Assembly: GCA_023231475.1 (NCBI GenBank)
Contig: JALJEE010003011.1
Location: 13,566 to 77,565, forward strand
Length of the DNA stretch: 64,000 nt
Direction: 5' to 3'
From: Seison nebaliae
Lineage: Eukaryota
Shown here: positions 31,401 through 44,000 of the stretch, piece after piece
Layout of the letters: every line of letters starts with the position of its first letter
Numbering within the stretch: the stretch's first letter is position 1
Translations under genes and position numbers: made by a program
Notes under the pieces: generated by a model
Told to the model about the DNA's origin: nothing
Seen by the model: only the letters and a program-made list of their open reading frames with translations
Databases searched by the model: none

Positions 31401-34400
31401 TTTCTTTCCATCTTCAATTGATTAATCGACTTCTCGAAATTTTTCGTCTTTTTATTCCTCTGATGGAGTAATTCTAATAATTCTCTTAATCTTCCCAATA
31501 CTTTATCATTGAACTGACATGAACAACCACATTCATCCATTTCATTCTTAATCTGATTAATTGTTTCATTCGTATCGACAATTTGTTGGATGGGTAAAGA
31601 ATTGGAAGAATGAATTGGATCAATCGAATAAACGATATTAGCTCGAACACTTTCCATTCTTTTTCCACATGAATCGAATATCGCTCTCAAAAATGAATTG
31701 TTCTGATGAGCGATATTCAAAGAGATTGGAGGATAAGCGACTAGACGAATATTGATTAAATCCGAACATTCCATATCGACCGTATTAATCGATTGGAAAT
31801 ATTCAGAAAGTAAATAAGAAATTGTTGGCGAGAGAAATTGGTTGACTGATTGAATTCTCATGAGAATATAATAATAATATTGAATAGGAAATGCTTTCAA
31901 TGGATCTTCTCGAAAATGGATATAATCAATTGCTAATGATGTATGACTTGTATGATATTGAGGAAGGAATCCATCTGGTAATTGAAACTCTTTTGGAAGA
32001 ACATTACATATCGCCCATCTTTCCAATTCGAATTTTAATAAATAAATTAACAGAAATATTTTTCTTGGAACTTGATCATTTGAACAAGAATGAATTTTCA
32101 TATATTCCATCAATTCATCTTTACCAATCGTCGGAGCCATTAAACTGGTGGTTGATGGTAGAAATAACGGTTCTCGATTCATACCTTTAATTAATGAATA
32201 ATGATAATATGAGATGACTAATTGTTGAATACGTTTTGGTAGAAGTGTCAAATCTAATTCATCGACGAAATCATCGAAACCGTCATTCATACCGTTCGAT
32301 TGCAATTGGAATGGAATAAAATGATTTTCAATAAAATTTTTAATTCTCTTACAGAAATCATTCAATGTGGGATTGGTGATGAAAAGGTATGATAAGGAGA
32401 AATGTAAATTTTCAATGAAACTGATTGTGGAACATAATAATTTCGATGTTCCCAATAGAGAAGATGAATCGCAAATTTTCTTTCCTAATTCTTCGAATGA
32501 TGATAATAAATCAAATTGATGATTAAATAAATATTTTGAAATGAGATCGATATTTGAATGCCAAATAATAAATGGGTTTGTCTTTCTCATAATCATATCA
32601 TAATAAAAATAGACGAACATCTTCTCCGCCGACGTTATCGAGAGAATGAGATAAAGTTTATGATTTCCATTTACTTTATCTGTTGGATTCGTTCCCAGAT
32701 AATCCTCACACAATTGATGACTTTGAGAAAACGAGTCAAATGAAGGACGATTATAATTCTCGTTAGATGTTCCAATGGAACAAGAAGAAGTGGATGATGG
32801 AATTAAATCTGATTTTGATTGTACATTCGATGGGAATTCGGGTGGGAGATATGGTTCATGAAATGACATATCATCATGAAATGATGTGGAGAAAATAAAG
32901 TTTGAGAATTGTTTCACTGAATTCTCTCTAGCTGTTAAATTCTGATTATATTGAGCATCTTGACGACGTCGAATTGTCAATTTGAATGATTCATCAACAA
33001 CATTCATTTCTTGTAAATAATCTAAAAGAAAATCATTCATTCTCATATAAAGAATTCGACTAAATGATTTCGTCGACGTATTCACCGAATCCATCGATTG
33101 ATCAGTGAACATCGAAGTGATGGAAATGGATTGTTGAATTGTCGTTGTCGAATCATCTCTTCCCACATAATTTCCGTTTGTCTCATTTCTATTATCTACT
33201 TGAACAATACGACCATCTTTAATGGAAGTTTCCATAATTGTACCGTTTGATAATTCCATATCAGATGGAAAATTATTACCAAATAAATATGACGATGATG
33301 GTAATCGTTTATTATCAGTAGCAGATGATGGTCTTATATCGATGGATGAATCTCGAACGAATAAACCAGCAGACGTGTCAGATATTTGAGGAAATATTCG
33401 TTGAACAAATAATGGAATTTGCATCGAATAATCCAAATAAGAATCACAATATTGATAATTGGAAGCAACGAGACATTGAAGAGTGGAATAATTATCGAAT
33501 AATTTCGTAAAAAATGAATAATATTTATCATTCTCCTCTTCATTCTCATCAGTAAGACTATGAATATTAATTATATTTTGTTTCATCGGTTCTTGACTAA
33601 TCCTTCTACAATATTCATTCAATACAGCATAACGCCACATCGATAAATGTGGCAATTGGAAGAAGAGAAGTAACAAAGAGAAATTATCAGCTAATTGACT
33701 AGTCAGACCAACAGGAAAGAAAACAAAGACAGATAAACATTCATTCATCTCTTGTAATTTGGAGGGATATCTCAACATTTGTAACAAATATAAACATTCT
33801 ACTTTGTTCCATGTGCGAGTGAGAAAGATGAATAATAATTGCATCATCAAATCTAATCGATCATCTGATAATTCCATATTATTCACAATTATACCACAAC
33901 GACCACTCTCATATCGACGATAATCATAATAAAACGGTTTCTCCAACGAACTTTCATTTAGTCGACGTTTCTTTCTCATTTTTCGTCTTCTCATCGATAT
34001 CTTTCCAATCATCGTGGAGAATAATCGATAATCGATCAAATAACCTTCATTCACTAAATTGTCATCGATGTCGAAATGTTGTCCGATGAAGGATCGGCTC
34101 CTTCTCTCTAATCGTCGTCTCTTTCTCTCCATCGACGATTCCAATTGATCATTATAAACCAATTTCAATTGATAATTATTCAAATATTCAAAATTATTTT
34201 TATTCTTCTTCTTTTTCATCTTTTCATCAATCGTATCGGAAACAATGAAAAATTTGTAATCATCTATCATAATATCATCAATATTCATTTCATTTCCGTT
34301 TTCTTTCATTGTCTGATCTCCATCAATCGTCTCTATAAATCTCGATTGCTCTTGAATAATCTCATCAGAATTATCATATTCTGGAAATAATTTCTTGATT

Positions 34401-36508
34401 AATTCATGATAATTCAATGAAATATTATCAATTTTCATCGAATCTTCTTTTTCTTCTTTTTCTTCTTCTTCTTCTTCCGATTCCCCATTACAAATCAAAA
34501 GAGATGATGATGAATTAATTTCTTTTTGCCATTTCGAATTATCGACAATATCCGAATCCAAATCACGTCCAGAAAACATGAGAGAATTACGAGAATTTGA
34601 ATTGGAGCGAATAGTCGCCTGATTCTGCTCCACATATTTCAAATGTTCATGGAAATTTATATGGAAACGATCACTCGTCAAATGATGTGTGGAATGGTGA
34701 GAAGTATTGGAATCTCTCGAATTAGAAATTTGACGACTACCTAATCGTTCGTTAGCCAGACGACATTTAATTTCGACGTAATCTCTCACAGAATTATCAT
34801 CAAATTCGAAATCGTTCTCATTTTTCGATTTATTCATTTGACGATGTGAAGAGAATTGTCGTGAACTGGATCGAGTGATTTGTGAGATGAGTTGAACGAA
34901 TTCTTGAGAGAAATAAAGAAAAATAAGAAATTTTAATGTCAATTCATTCAATGACTCTTTCATCTCATTCACATGATTAAGCCATTCTAAAAGGAAAATA
35001 ATTTCGCTACAAGACAATTTTGAATTGAAATGGAATTTGTTGAACATGAGTAAACGAAGACGATAAATCAATTCCATCGAATCATATTTCTGAAATAACA
35101 TCACATTATTTTTCTTCTTCATAAGATTATTTGTCTCATAATCTTTTCTTTTAATATCATCCAAAAAGAATAATTGATTCCTCAAATTCTTCTGGAATTC
35201 TTCTTCCATTTGTAATTCCATCTTTTTAACATTATGACGATCATTCTGAATTGAAGAGATTGTTGGCAATTTGAAGAGATTATGGAATTGTTCAAATAAA
35301 TTTTTCGGTTGATGAGATTCTACTCGTCTCACCAGAATTATCAATCGATCGATCGTTTGTTTTGCATTGAGCAAATGAAGATTCTGAGTTTTCTCGTGAT
35401 AAATGATGGCCATCTCTTGAAGAAACCGCCACAATTCTGTATTGAGATTGAGGAGATACATTGTGAGAATGTCGTCGATATGACAAAGAGTAGAATCGAA
35501 CAAATTCGATTTGAATAAAATGAGAATGAGGAAATTTAATGACTTCATTTTCTCGTCTATGTGATGGTGGTGAATGAAGAGAAAATGGAGAAAGTTGAGA
35601 GCGAGGAAGAATTTTGAATATCGATTCTTCTCACATCTAATATCGATATGACAATTCCTCAATGTTTCAGTCAATGTCCAATTATTCCGTTTGATCAATT
35701 GGTCGATGGAAAATTGAATTTCTTGAAAGATTCTAAAAATCTCCTGCAAACTGATCTTCTTATTGAAACGATTAAAAATGAATTTGGTTTGGATGGAATA
35801 TGAAGTATCGATGGAATTAATTCGAATAAATTTAAATTCATTTTCTTTCAATTCATCACATCTGTGACGTTTGGAATATAAAGAGAAATGACACAACTTC
35901 TCCAAATAGGAAGCGCCGAAATGTTCACCGTTAGATAAATGAGAATTCTTTGTGAAAGTTTCATTCTCTTCTGGTGTGACATCGACGGGAAACTCTCGGA
36001 TAACGACTGACGGAGCATAAATTATGGAAATTGGAAGACGAATGAAATCGAAAGTCATTTGAATGAAATTCTTATTTGAACTATCAAATGATTTACCATC
36101 AAAACGGAAACGTTGTCTATTTGTCGTATGTCGTTTATCATTCATCGATTTATTATTCGTTCCATTTGACGACGATGTTGTGGTTGTTGTTGTTGTTGTT
36201 GTTGTAGAAATTATTGTTGTTCGAATGTTGGAACTAGTCGAAGTTGTCGTCGTATTAGTCGTTGAAATGTAATGAGAGAATTGAGAATGTGGTTTGTCCA
36301 TAAATCGATTAATATATCGTCGATTTTCATTGATATGGTCTGATTGAGACGTTTGATGCAAATGATGATTATTCGAATTCTGGTTCTTATTCGACGGATG
36401 ATTTGTAGAAACGAAATTTAATTTATCATTATACTTCAGACTATCATCCTCTTCATCTTCATCGTCGTCGTTCTCTTCGAACTTCCTTTTCCGCACTTTC
36501 ATCAACAT
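26531..36508 (-). CDS. Giant intronless ORF encoding a 3,325-aa low-complexity protein of unknown identity (poly-T, poly-Q, poly-D/E and N-rich tracts plus helical-looking non-repetitive blocks)
   Basis: ATG at 36508-36506 ('MLMKVRKRKFEEND...'). The 9,978-nt frame has no stop, with A/T third-position bias like the other genes. It contains CAA/CAG poly-Q (28380-28480, as ttg on the plus strand) and a poly-Thr tract (36165-36215). It also has acidic runs and 7-aa 'MNNQR..' tandem repeats. Non-repetitive N- and C-terminal regions look alpha-helical (e.g. C-terminal '...VPIVVECLRSSMSFEERLFIYRVAFDELSIHRGEQLSRH...'). I could not match any known family from memory. Mediator MED12/MED13-like was considered but not supported. 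Confidence 0.6.
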
Positions 36509-36831
36509 AACTATCAGAAATCTATGAGAGAACTTTCCATCGAAAATAATAAAGTAAATTGATTAAAGATAATATAGAGCTTAAATTTGAATTATTTTAA
36601 ATCGATCGAATCGATTGCTTAGGAAGAATTGAATTGAACTTCAATGCTCTCGAAATCCCAGTTCAATCTGGTTCAAACAATTTGTCAAATTCTTTCAATT
36701 CCAATCAAATCCTCATCAATTCACAATATAACAAAAGAACAACAATAGTTTAGAGTAAAGTTCGATGAAGAACTCACGAAAAAGAAAAAAAAGATTGAAA
36801 ATTATGGGAAATAGAAATGTTTTTAATACTA

Positions 36832-36833
<2 letters not shown>

Positions 36834-36870
<37 letters not shown>

Positions 36871-36935
36871 GACACATCTCATATATATATACACAAACAC
36901 GCACAGAAACACATATACACACGCAATTAAGTAAG
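36834..36935. repeat. (CA)n microsatellite (~16 perfect units, then imperfect CA/GA/TA-rich extension) in the divergent promoter region between the giant gene and POLQ
   Basis: Direct reading: 'cacacacacacacacacacacacacacacacagacagacacatctcatatatatatacacaaacacgcacag...'. Confidence 0.9.
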
Positions 36936-38075
36936 CAGACATGTATGTACACAAGCGTATAGCTCTCCCCCATCGACATATTGAAGAATGTGCGTATGTC
37001 ACGTACATACATACATTCAAATACCTCGCTTACACACGTACATATGACAATCGAACAATTCATTTCTTAGCGTCTGTATGTGTTATGTGTATAATTCTCT
37101 TTCTGCTAATTGACCTCCCCTTACTCCTCTTGGGACGTCTATTCATTTTCCGTTACATTTCATTTCTCCTCTCTTATCTTTACTCATTATCTCATTTATT
37201 TATACATCTCCACATCACCATTAGTCCGTTTAATAATTTAATGTAGTTCTACATTCACTTTTCCATCCACATACACGCATGAACATACGTGTCTTTTCGC
37301 TCACGTATAACTTTACGTCAATGAACGAGTGAACGATCCTCATTCTCCCCTCGTCCCACATCACATTTGTCATGTTCTTCACCTCTCACGTCCATTGCCC
37401 CTAATGAATAAAGAGATGGAAAAAATAACTTTTGTATAATCTCTGTGCAACTATTTCGAGCGATACACCAATGATTTTAAGTAAAAAATTCTAATGAAGT
37501 TAATATAAAAAAATAAAAGAATTCCTCCAATAAATTTTGATTGCTTCCCTTATAATCATTCTCGTCCGTGTGTATGGAAGACGAGTATTCAGAATGTCAA
37601 TTGAGGATGATAATTCTGATCGGCTAAATGAAAGATTCACAAATAAGTAAGCAAAATTATAAGTGGAACTGATTAGTTGACTAAATATATTTAATCTCAA
37701 TTCTATCCTACCCTCAATCGTCAACTCTTCAAAATGTACAAATAATTTTTCCTCTCAATCCTCCACACCAATTTGAAAAGTTGAGCATAATTGAAAAAAA
37801 TTAAATTAAACAAAAATAAATTTCTCATTTTTCTTTTCATTCAATTGCTCAACAATTCCTTTTCAAAATTATTCCATTAATTAATGACTCAAATGAAAGT
37901 TGGATATATAAAGAATAAAATAAAATGTAAAATGTAATTAAATGTGGAAATGTTTTAAAATATTTTAAATTTGACGAATTTAAATGTTGGCGGGAATTTG
38001 AAAATTGGACTTCATTTCTAATTATTAATTAACGACAATTACATTCATTCATCCCTCAATACGTCGAGGAAGACG

Positions 38076-41000
38076 ATGGGAAAGCGAAAGAGGAAACGTA
38101 AAAACTTCTTCAACTTACAACAACGTCTCGATGTAAGTGAGGCACAAGTGAAATTGGATGTAGATCGTGGTTTCCGGACTATAATATATCCATCGGAAGA
38201 CGATTATAGTCTCTCATTGAGTGATTGGCATTTGCCGTCGAAACTTTTGTTAACGTATAAGAATGAGAAGATAACACAATTGTTGAGTTGGCAGAGAGAA
38301 TGTTTATTATATGGGAAGGATGAGAAAGAGAATGTGTTGAATGGGAAATATAATCTCATCTTCTCCGCACCCACCAGTGCTGGAAAGACTTTAGTAGCTG
38401 AATTATTAATAATAAAAAGATTATTTGAAAATCATTTGAATTTGAAGAAGAAAAAGAAAAAGAAAAAGAAAGTTCTCTTCATTCTACCTTATGTAGCTGT
38501 GGCAATTGAGAAGACAGAATATTTCCGACGATTATTGAAACATTTTCAATCGATAAATGTTGTTGGATTAATTGGAAATTATGAGAATAATGATTCGGCG
38601 AATGAATGGGATTTGGCCATCGCTACTATTGAGAAAGCGAATAGTATGATCAATCGATATTTGAAAAAAGAAGAATATGATTCAGTTCACGATATCTTCA
38701 CAGCCATTTGTGTCGATGAATTCCATATGATTGAGATGTCGGATCGTGGAGAATTGATCGATTTAATTTTGACGAAATTTAATTATCATCAAAATTACGA
38801 TATTGATGATCGTTGTCAAATAATTTGTATGTCGGCGACCATGTCCAACATCGAACAATATTCGTTGTGGATCGACAATTGTTTATCATTCCAAAGTAAT
38901 TATCGTTCGCTGGAAATTGAAGAGTATTTGATGGTAGAGAATCGTTTGATTGATATCCATCAGAAGAAAACGAATCATTTATTAATAAATATTAAAGATT
39001 ATCTCCAATATCTGTTTTCGGTGATGGGAGAAACGAGAAAACTACCTCGATTCAATGATAATGGAAATATTTCCAGTTTATTATTGAAAGTGTTTCTTGA
39101 TGTGACACGTCAACTTTTTGAATGTTTAGAAGAAGAATTCAAATTAGGAAATGGAGAACGAACAATTGATGATATTCTTAAAAAGAAAATTAAGGAAGGT
39201 GCTGCTGGTGGAATTCTTCTATTTGTCAATTCAAGAAAACGAGCTGAAGTTTTAGCTAAATCGATTAATGATGATATTTTCAATTGTTTAATTTCACTTT
39301 CACAATTCTCTCGATTTGTTTATGAGAAATTTGGAGAAATTAAAAATAAAAGTATCGAACAATTCTTCGAAATGATTGAGAATGTGAAGAAATCATTTGT
39401 TGATAATCGGAAATTGATCGAAATTCAATTAATATTTCTTCTCCTTCTTTATGTGTTCGACAAGGAAAAATGTGATGATTTATGCCAATTATATCAGGAA
39501 ACCGTTCCAGATACTGGAGAATCATCGAGGAAATTACTGAAATTAATATCATTCGGAATCGCATATCATCACGCTGATTTGACATCGGAACAACGTAATC
39601 TTGTCGAATATGGATTCCGTTCACAAGCCATCAAAGTCATCGTTGCTACTACTACGTTGAGTGCTGGAATTAATTTACCGTCATCTCATGTTATTATTAG
39701 GAATTTCCAAGTGATTCGTTCATTTCAATCGAATCGAATTGATCATATTCTTTATGAGCAGATGATCGGTCGTGTTGGACGAATGGGATATGCAAATAAA
39801 TTAGCCACATCTATTCTCATATGTGAGAAAGAGATGGAATATGAAAATATGATAAAAGAACGGAATGAAATCATCACAAAGAGGATTGAAGGAGGAAAGG
39901 AAAAATCGATAACGACATTAACTCCACAAATGGAAAGATTGTTAATAAGACGGAAAGATATATCAATCGATCGAAAGAATGGAATGAGATTGAATGAATC
40001 ATCAATTGCAATAACGAATGATGATAAGGAGAAATTGATGGAAAAATTTGTGATGGATAATCGATTTATTTGTAAATCAATTAATCGAACAATATTGATA
40101 GATTTGAATGAGAAGATAGTGAAACAATTGTCGAGATATTTCATCGAATTAATCATTCAAAATAAAAAGAAATTATCGATCGATAATTTATGGAAATCGA
40201 TCGATCGGACATATCGATTACGATTATTGTTCAATTCTCATGGAATTGATGAGAATGATAGATTCGTTTTTCGAATTTTATCCATTTCATTGACATTAAA
40301 TTATTTGTATAAGAATGATCTCATCATTATTGAGAATGAGATGGAATGTGCACAATTAATCGATTATCGATTATGGACGAATGATGGAATTGAAATTTCA
40401 TTTAAATTTAAAAATTTATTTGAATTAATTATTAATTATCATTCGTCAATCTTTTGTCGTTCAACACGATTCGCTTCAGCAGTTCATTATTCAGCATTAA
40501 GCACATTCCAAGCACAATTGATTATGAAAGATTTGAGTAAAGCAAGAGAGAGTGTCGTTTTGGATACAGATCTTCATCTTCTTTATTTGATCACACCTAT
40601 TGATTTGGGTCGATCAATACTTGATGATTGGAATAATTATTTAAAGATCTTCCAATCACTTCCATCAGCTGAGAAACGTGTTGCTCAACGTATCGGAATT
40701 AAAGAACGATTGATGGTGGAGATGTCATTGTCGAATGTGAATCGATCTGATAATAGTCTCCATAATTATGAGAGATTCTTTTGTTCTCTAATCTTGTTCG
40801 ATTTGATCAATGAGAAATCATATCAATTAATTTCAGAAAAATTCGAAAAAAGTTGTGCTTTCATTCAATCGATTCAAAACCGTTCAGCCAGTTACGCTTC
40901 CATTGTTTATCGATTTACTGGTGCTCTCGGATGGAATTATTTGGAGACGATTCTTAAACAATTAATTCCTAGATTAGAATTTGGAATTCATACTGATCTC

Positions 41001-44000
41001 ATCGATCTGATGTCACTTGATCTTTTTATTAATCGAACTATCGCAAGAATTCTTTTTGATGAAGGATTGGAATCTGTCGAATGTTTACGTGATCTGATCG
41101 AAGAGGATGTGGAGGAGAGTAGAGAGAAATTAACGAGAATTATTCTCAATAATTATAAATTCAATTTAAACAATAAGAACAATAACAAACATTTATTGAA
41201 TATGCTCTCCATCTTCATTCCGACGACATCGTCTTTGATTTCGGTGGAGGAATGTGTCGATCGAATCATTCAACACTTCCATATGTTTGATGATGGGAAA
41301 ATGGAAGAGGATGAAATAGAAGAAATGAAAATTGGAAATGATATTGAGAAAAATCGTTCTCTGATTAATGTGGAGAAGGATGATGATTGTGAGAATGGAG
41401 TATCACCAATGAAGAGGAAAGTGACGGAGAATCAGACAATTGGAAACCAAACGAATCAAATGTCGACAATTCATCAAATGATGAAAGAAGACAACTCCAT
41501 TCTACTTCTATCAGATAACGATGATAACAATGATAACAATAATAATGAATCATCATTAATTATCGATGACTTCCATCCTAAATTATCACTTGTACATTCC
41601 AGTACATTTTGTGAAGAGAAAATTCATTCAACTAATCATAAAAACTCTCAATTTCTTACTAACATTCTCAACAACAACAATAACAGTAACAACAACAACG
41701 ATAATGGGAAGGAAACGAATAATTTATTATTTCTAACAAATGATTTGAGTGTCATTGAAGATTCAGAATTAATAATTGATGAATCAAAAAATGAAATTGT
41801 GAAAAAAGAAATAATTTTAACTAATCATAACGATAATAAAAATAATGATATAATTAATAATGATATAATTAATAATGATGGTATAATCGATGATAATGAT
41901 TTGAGTGTCGTTGAAGATTCCGAATTAATAATTGACGAATCAAGAAATGAAATTGTGAAAAAGGAAAACATTATTTCCAGTAATCATAACGATAATAAAT
42001 TTGATGATAATATTGATAGTATAATTGATGATGATAATGATGATGAAAAAAAATATGATAAGAACTATTATAAAAATGATGATGATGATGATGAAGTGAT
42101 AGAGGATAGTATAATTGGAAGAAAGGAAATCTTATTCGAATTAAAACTGAACGACGTGAAAACGTGGAAATTTATAGAATTAACTGAAAATAATTTAGAA
42201 GAGACAAAGAAATTTATCCAACATTTTACCACATCGAAAAAGTATCCAATGATCATTGAAATTGATGAGAAGGAGTTGCATTTTTCTCTCATTCCGTTCA
42301 AACAAATTTGGTATATATCTCTTCGATCGTTGAAGATGTTGAAGACATTTGATAAGATGAGACATTTCCTTCACTATTTCTTTTTCCATAAATTTCCAGT
42401 TTATCGAATAGTTCACAATTATCGACGTTATTTTCATTCGTTATTGAAATGGTGGTCTGATTTTTTAGTTGACGACATGAAATTGATCGATCTCATTCAT
42501 CGAGACAAGAATGAATATGTCGATATATATTTTCTTCTTTGGCTACTTAAGAAGAGTGAAGAGATCCACGAAACAGATTCCAGCGACTCTCAATTATCAG
42601 TTGAAATTGAATTATTTAATTATCTTCAACAACAATATGGACCAGTAAAAAATTGTGAAGATGTGGACGAAAAGAGAAAAAAGAAATTTATGTTCATTCT
42701 CCAAATTCATGAAACGTTTCATTTCTTACTTCATCGTATCGATGAATCGAATCTTCGATATCTTTTTTTTATAATCGAAATGAAATGTCAAAAATATATT
42801 TTGTTAATGGAATTGGTTGGACTTTATATGAATGGGAAGAAATTATTGGAATTCTCCAATAACTTCAATGACGAACAAACGGAATTGATTAAACGATTTC
42901 GTTTACAATTATCTTTAACTGAAGATGACATTGATGTTAATTTAGAATCGAATAGTTCAATTTATACGATGATCAGAAATTGGGAATGTCAAACGATCCG
43001 TCGCCAAAAGAAACGGCGAATTGTCAGACGACAAATGATGAAAGATCTTTCTCTACTTTATCCCGAATTGTTTGAAATTATTCGAAATTATCGAAAGAAT
43101 CTTTTCCTTTTTCATCAACTTATCCAACCAGTATTCAATCAAATCCGTTTTATGGAAACGAATGATAATAACGATTTCCTATTTCTCCATTATCGATACA
43201 ACACATATAATGTGACAGGAAGAATAAACGCCGTTTATCCTTCTATTCAAATGATGACGACGAATGACCATCGATTTCCAATGAGACAATTATTTTCTTC
43301 GAATAAATCTCTTTTGGATGACGAGTCATTAGAAGAATTATTAAAAAAAATAAATATATCTCCAACGAAACGAATAAAAGAAAATCATTTTTTAAATGAA
43401 TTAAATGAAAATCGATTATTGATCTCATTCGATTACTCATCAATTGAATTGAGAGTTGTCGCCTTTTTCTCTCAAGATTTAGTTCTCATTAATTTGTTGA
43501 ATGAGGAAAAGATCGACATCTTCCAATTTGTCAGTGATGAAATGGAACGATTATCCGATATAAAATTGACTCGAAATTCCGTTAAAATTTTCATTTATTC
43601 TTATATTTATGGAGCATCTGTCATCACAATTCAGAGTAATCTGTCGAAGAAGAATAATAAGAATTTTTCAATCGATTTCATCAAACGACTAATCAGTTTA
43701 TTCCAATCAATGTTCCCGCAATTTAATTCATTCCAAAATCATCTGATGGAATTTATCGAATCATCACATTCCATTAGGACGTTGGGTGGTCGAAGCAGAA
43801 TCTTCTCCCAATCGGCATCAGCTGGAAGTATTTTGAATACAATCATTCAAGGATCGGTGTCTGATATCATCAAATATTCGATGGGAAAAATAATGGAAGA
43901 ATTGGAAGGAAACCATCTTCATTCCATCTTTCCAATTATTCAAATTCATGATGAACTTCTATTTAATATTCGTGAGGATAAATTGAATGAATTCATTCCG

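Noticed and set aside
26531-36508. Assigning the giant ORF to Mediator MED12/MED13 (poly-Q tail; an 'LLEWLNHV' segment vaguely like the MED12 LCEWAV motif)
   Set aside because: The resemblance is a few residues only. No Med12 N-terminal domain or other diagnostic block could be recognised, so the call is left as unknown.
36716-37063. Three overlapping ORFs (36716..37063 -, 36765..36962 +, 36829..37020 -) with repetitive T/H/V/C-rich peptides. The same pattern occurs at 26300..26561 and 46544..46782.
   Set aside because: All read through (CA)n/(TG)n microsatellites. The 'proteins' are dinucleotide-repeat translations (HTHTHT / CVCVCV) and are not genes.
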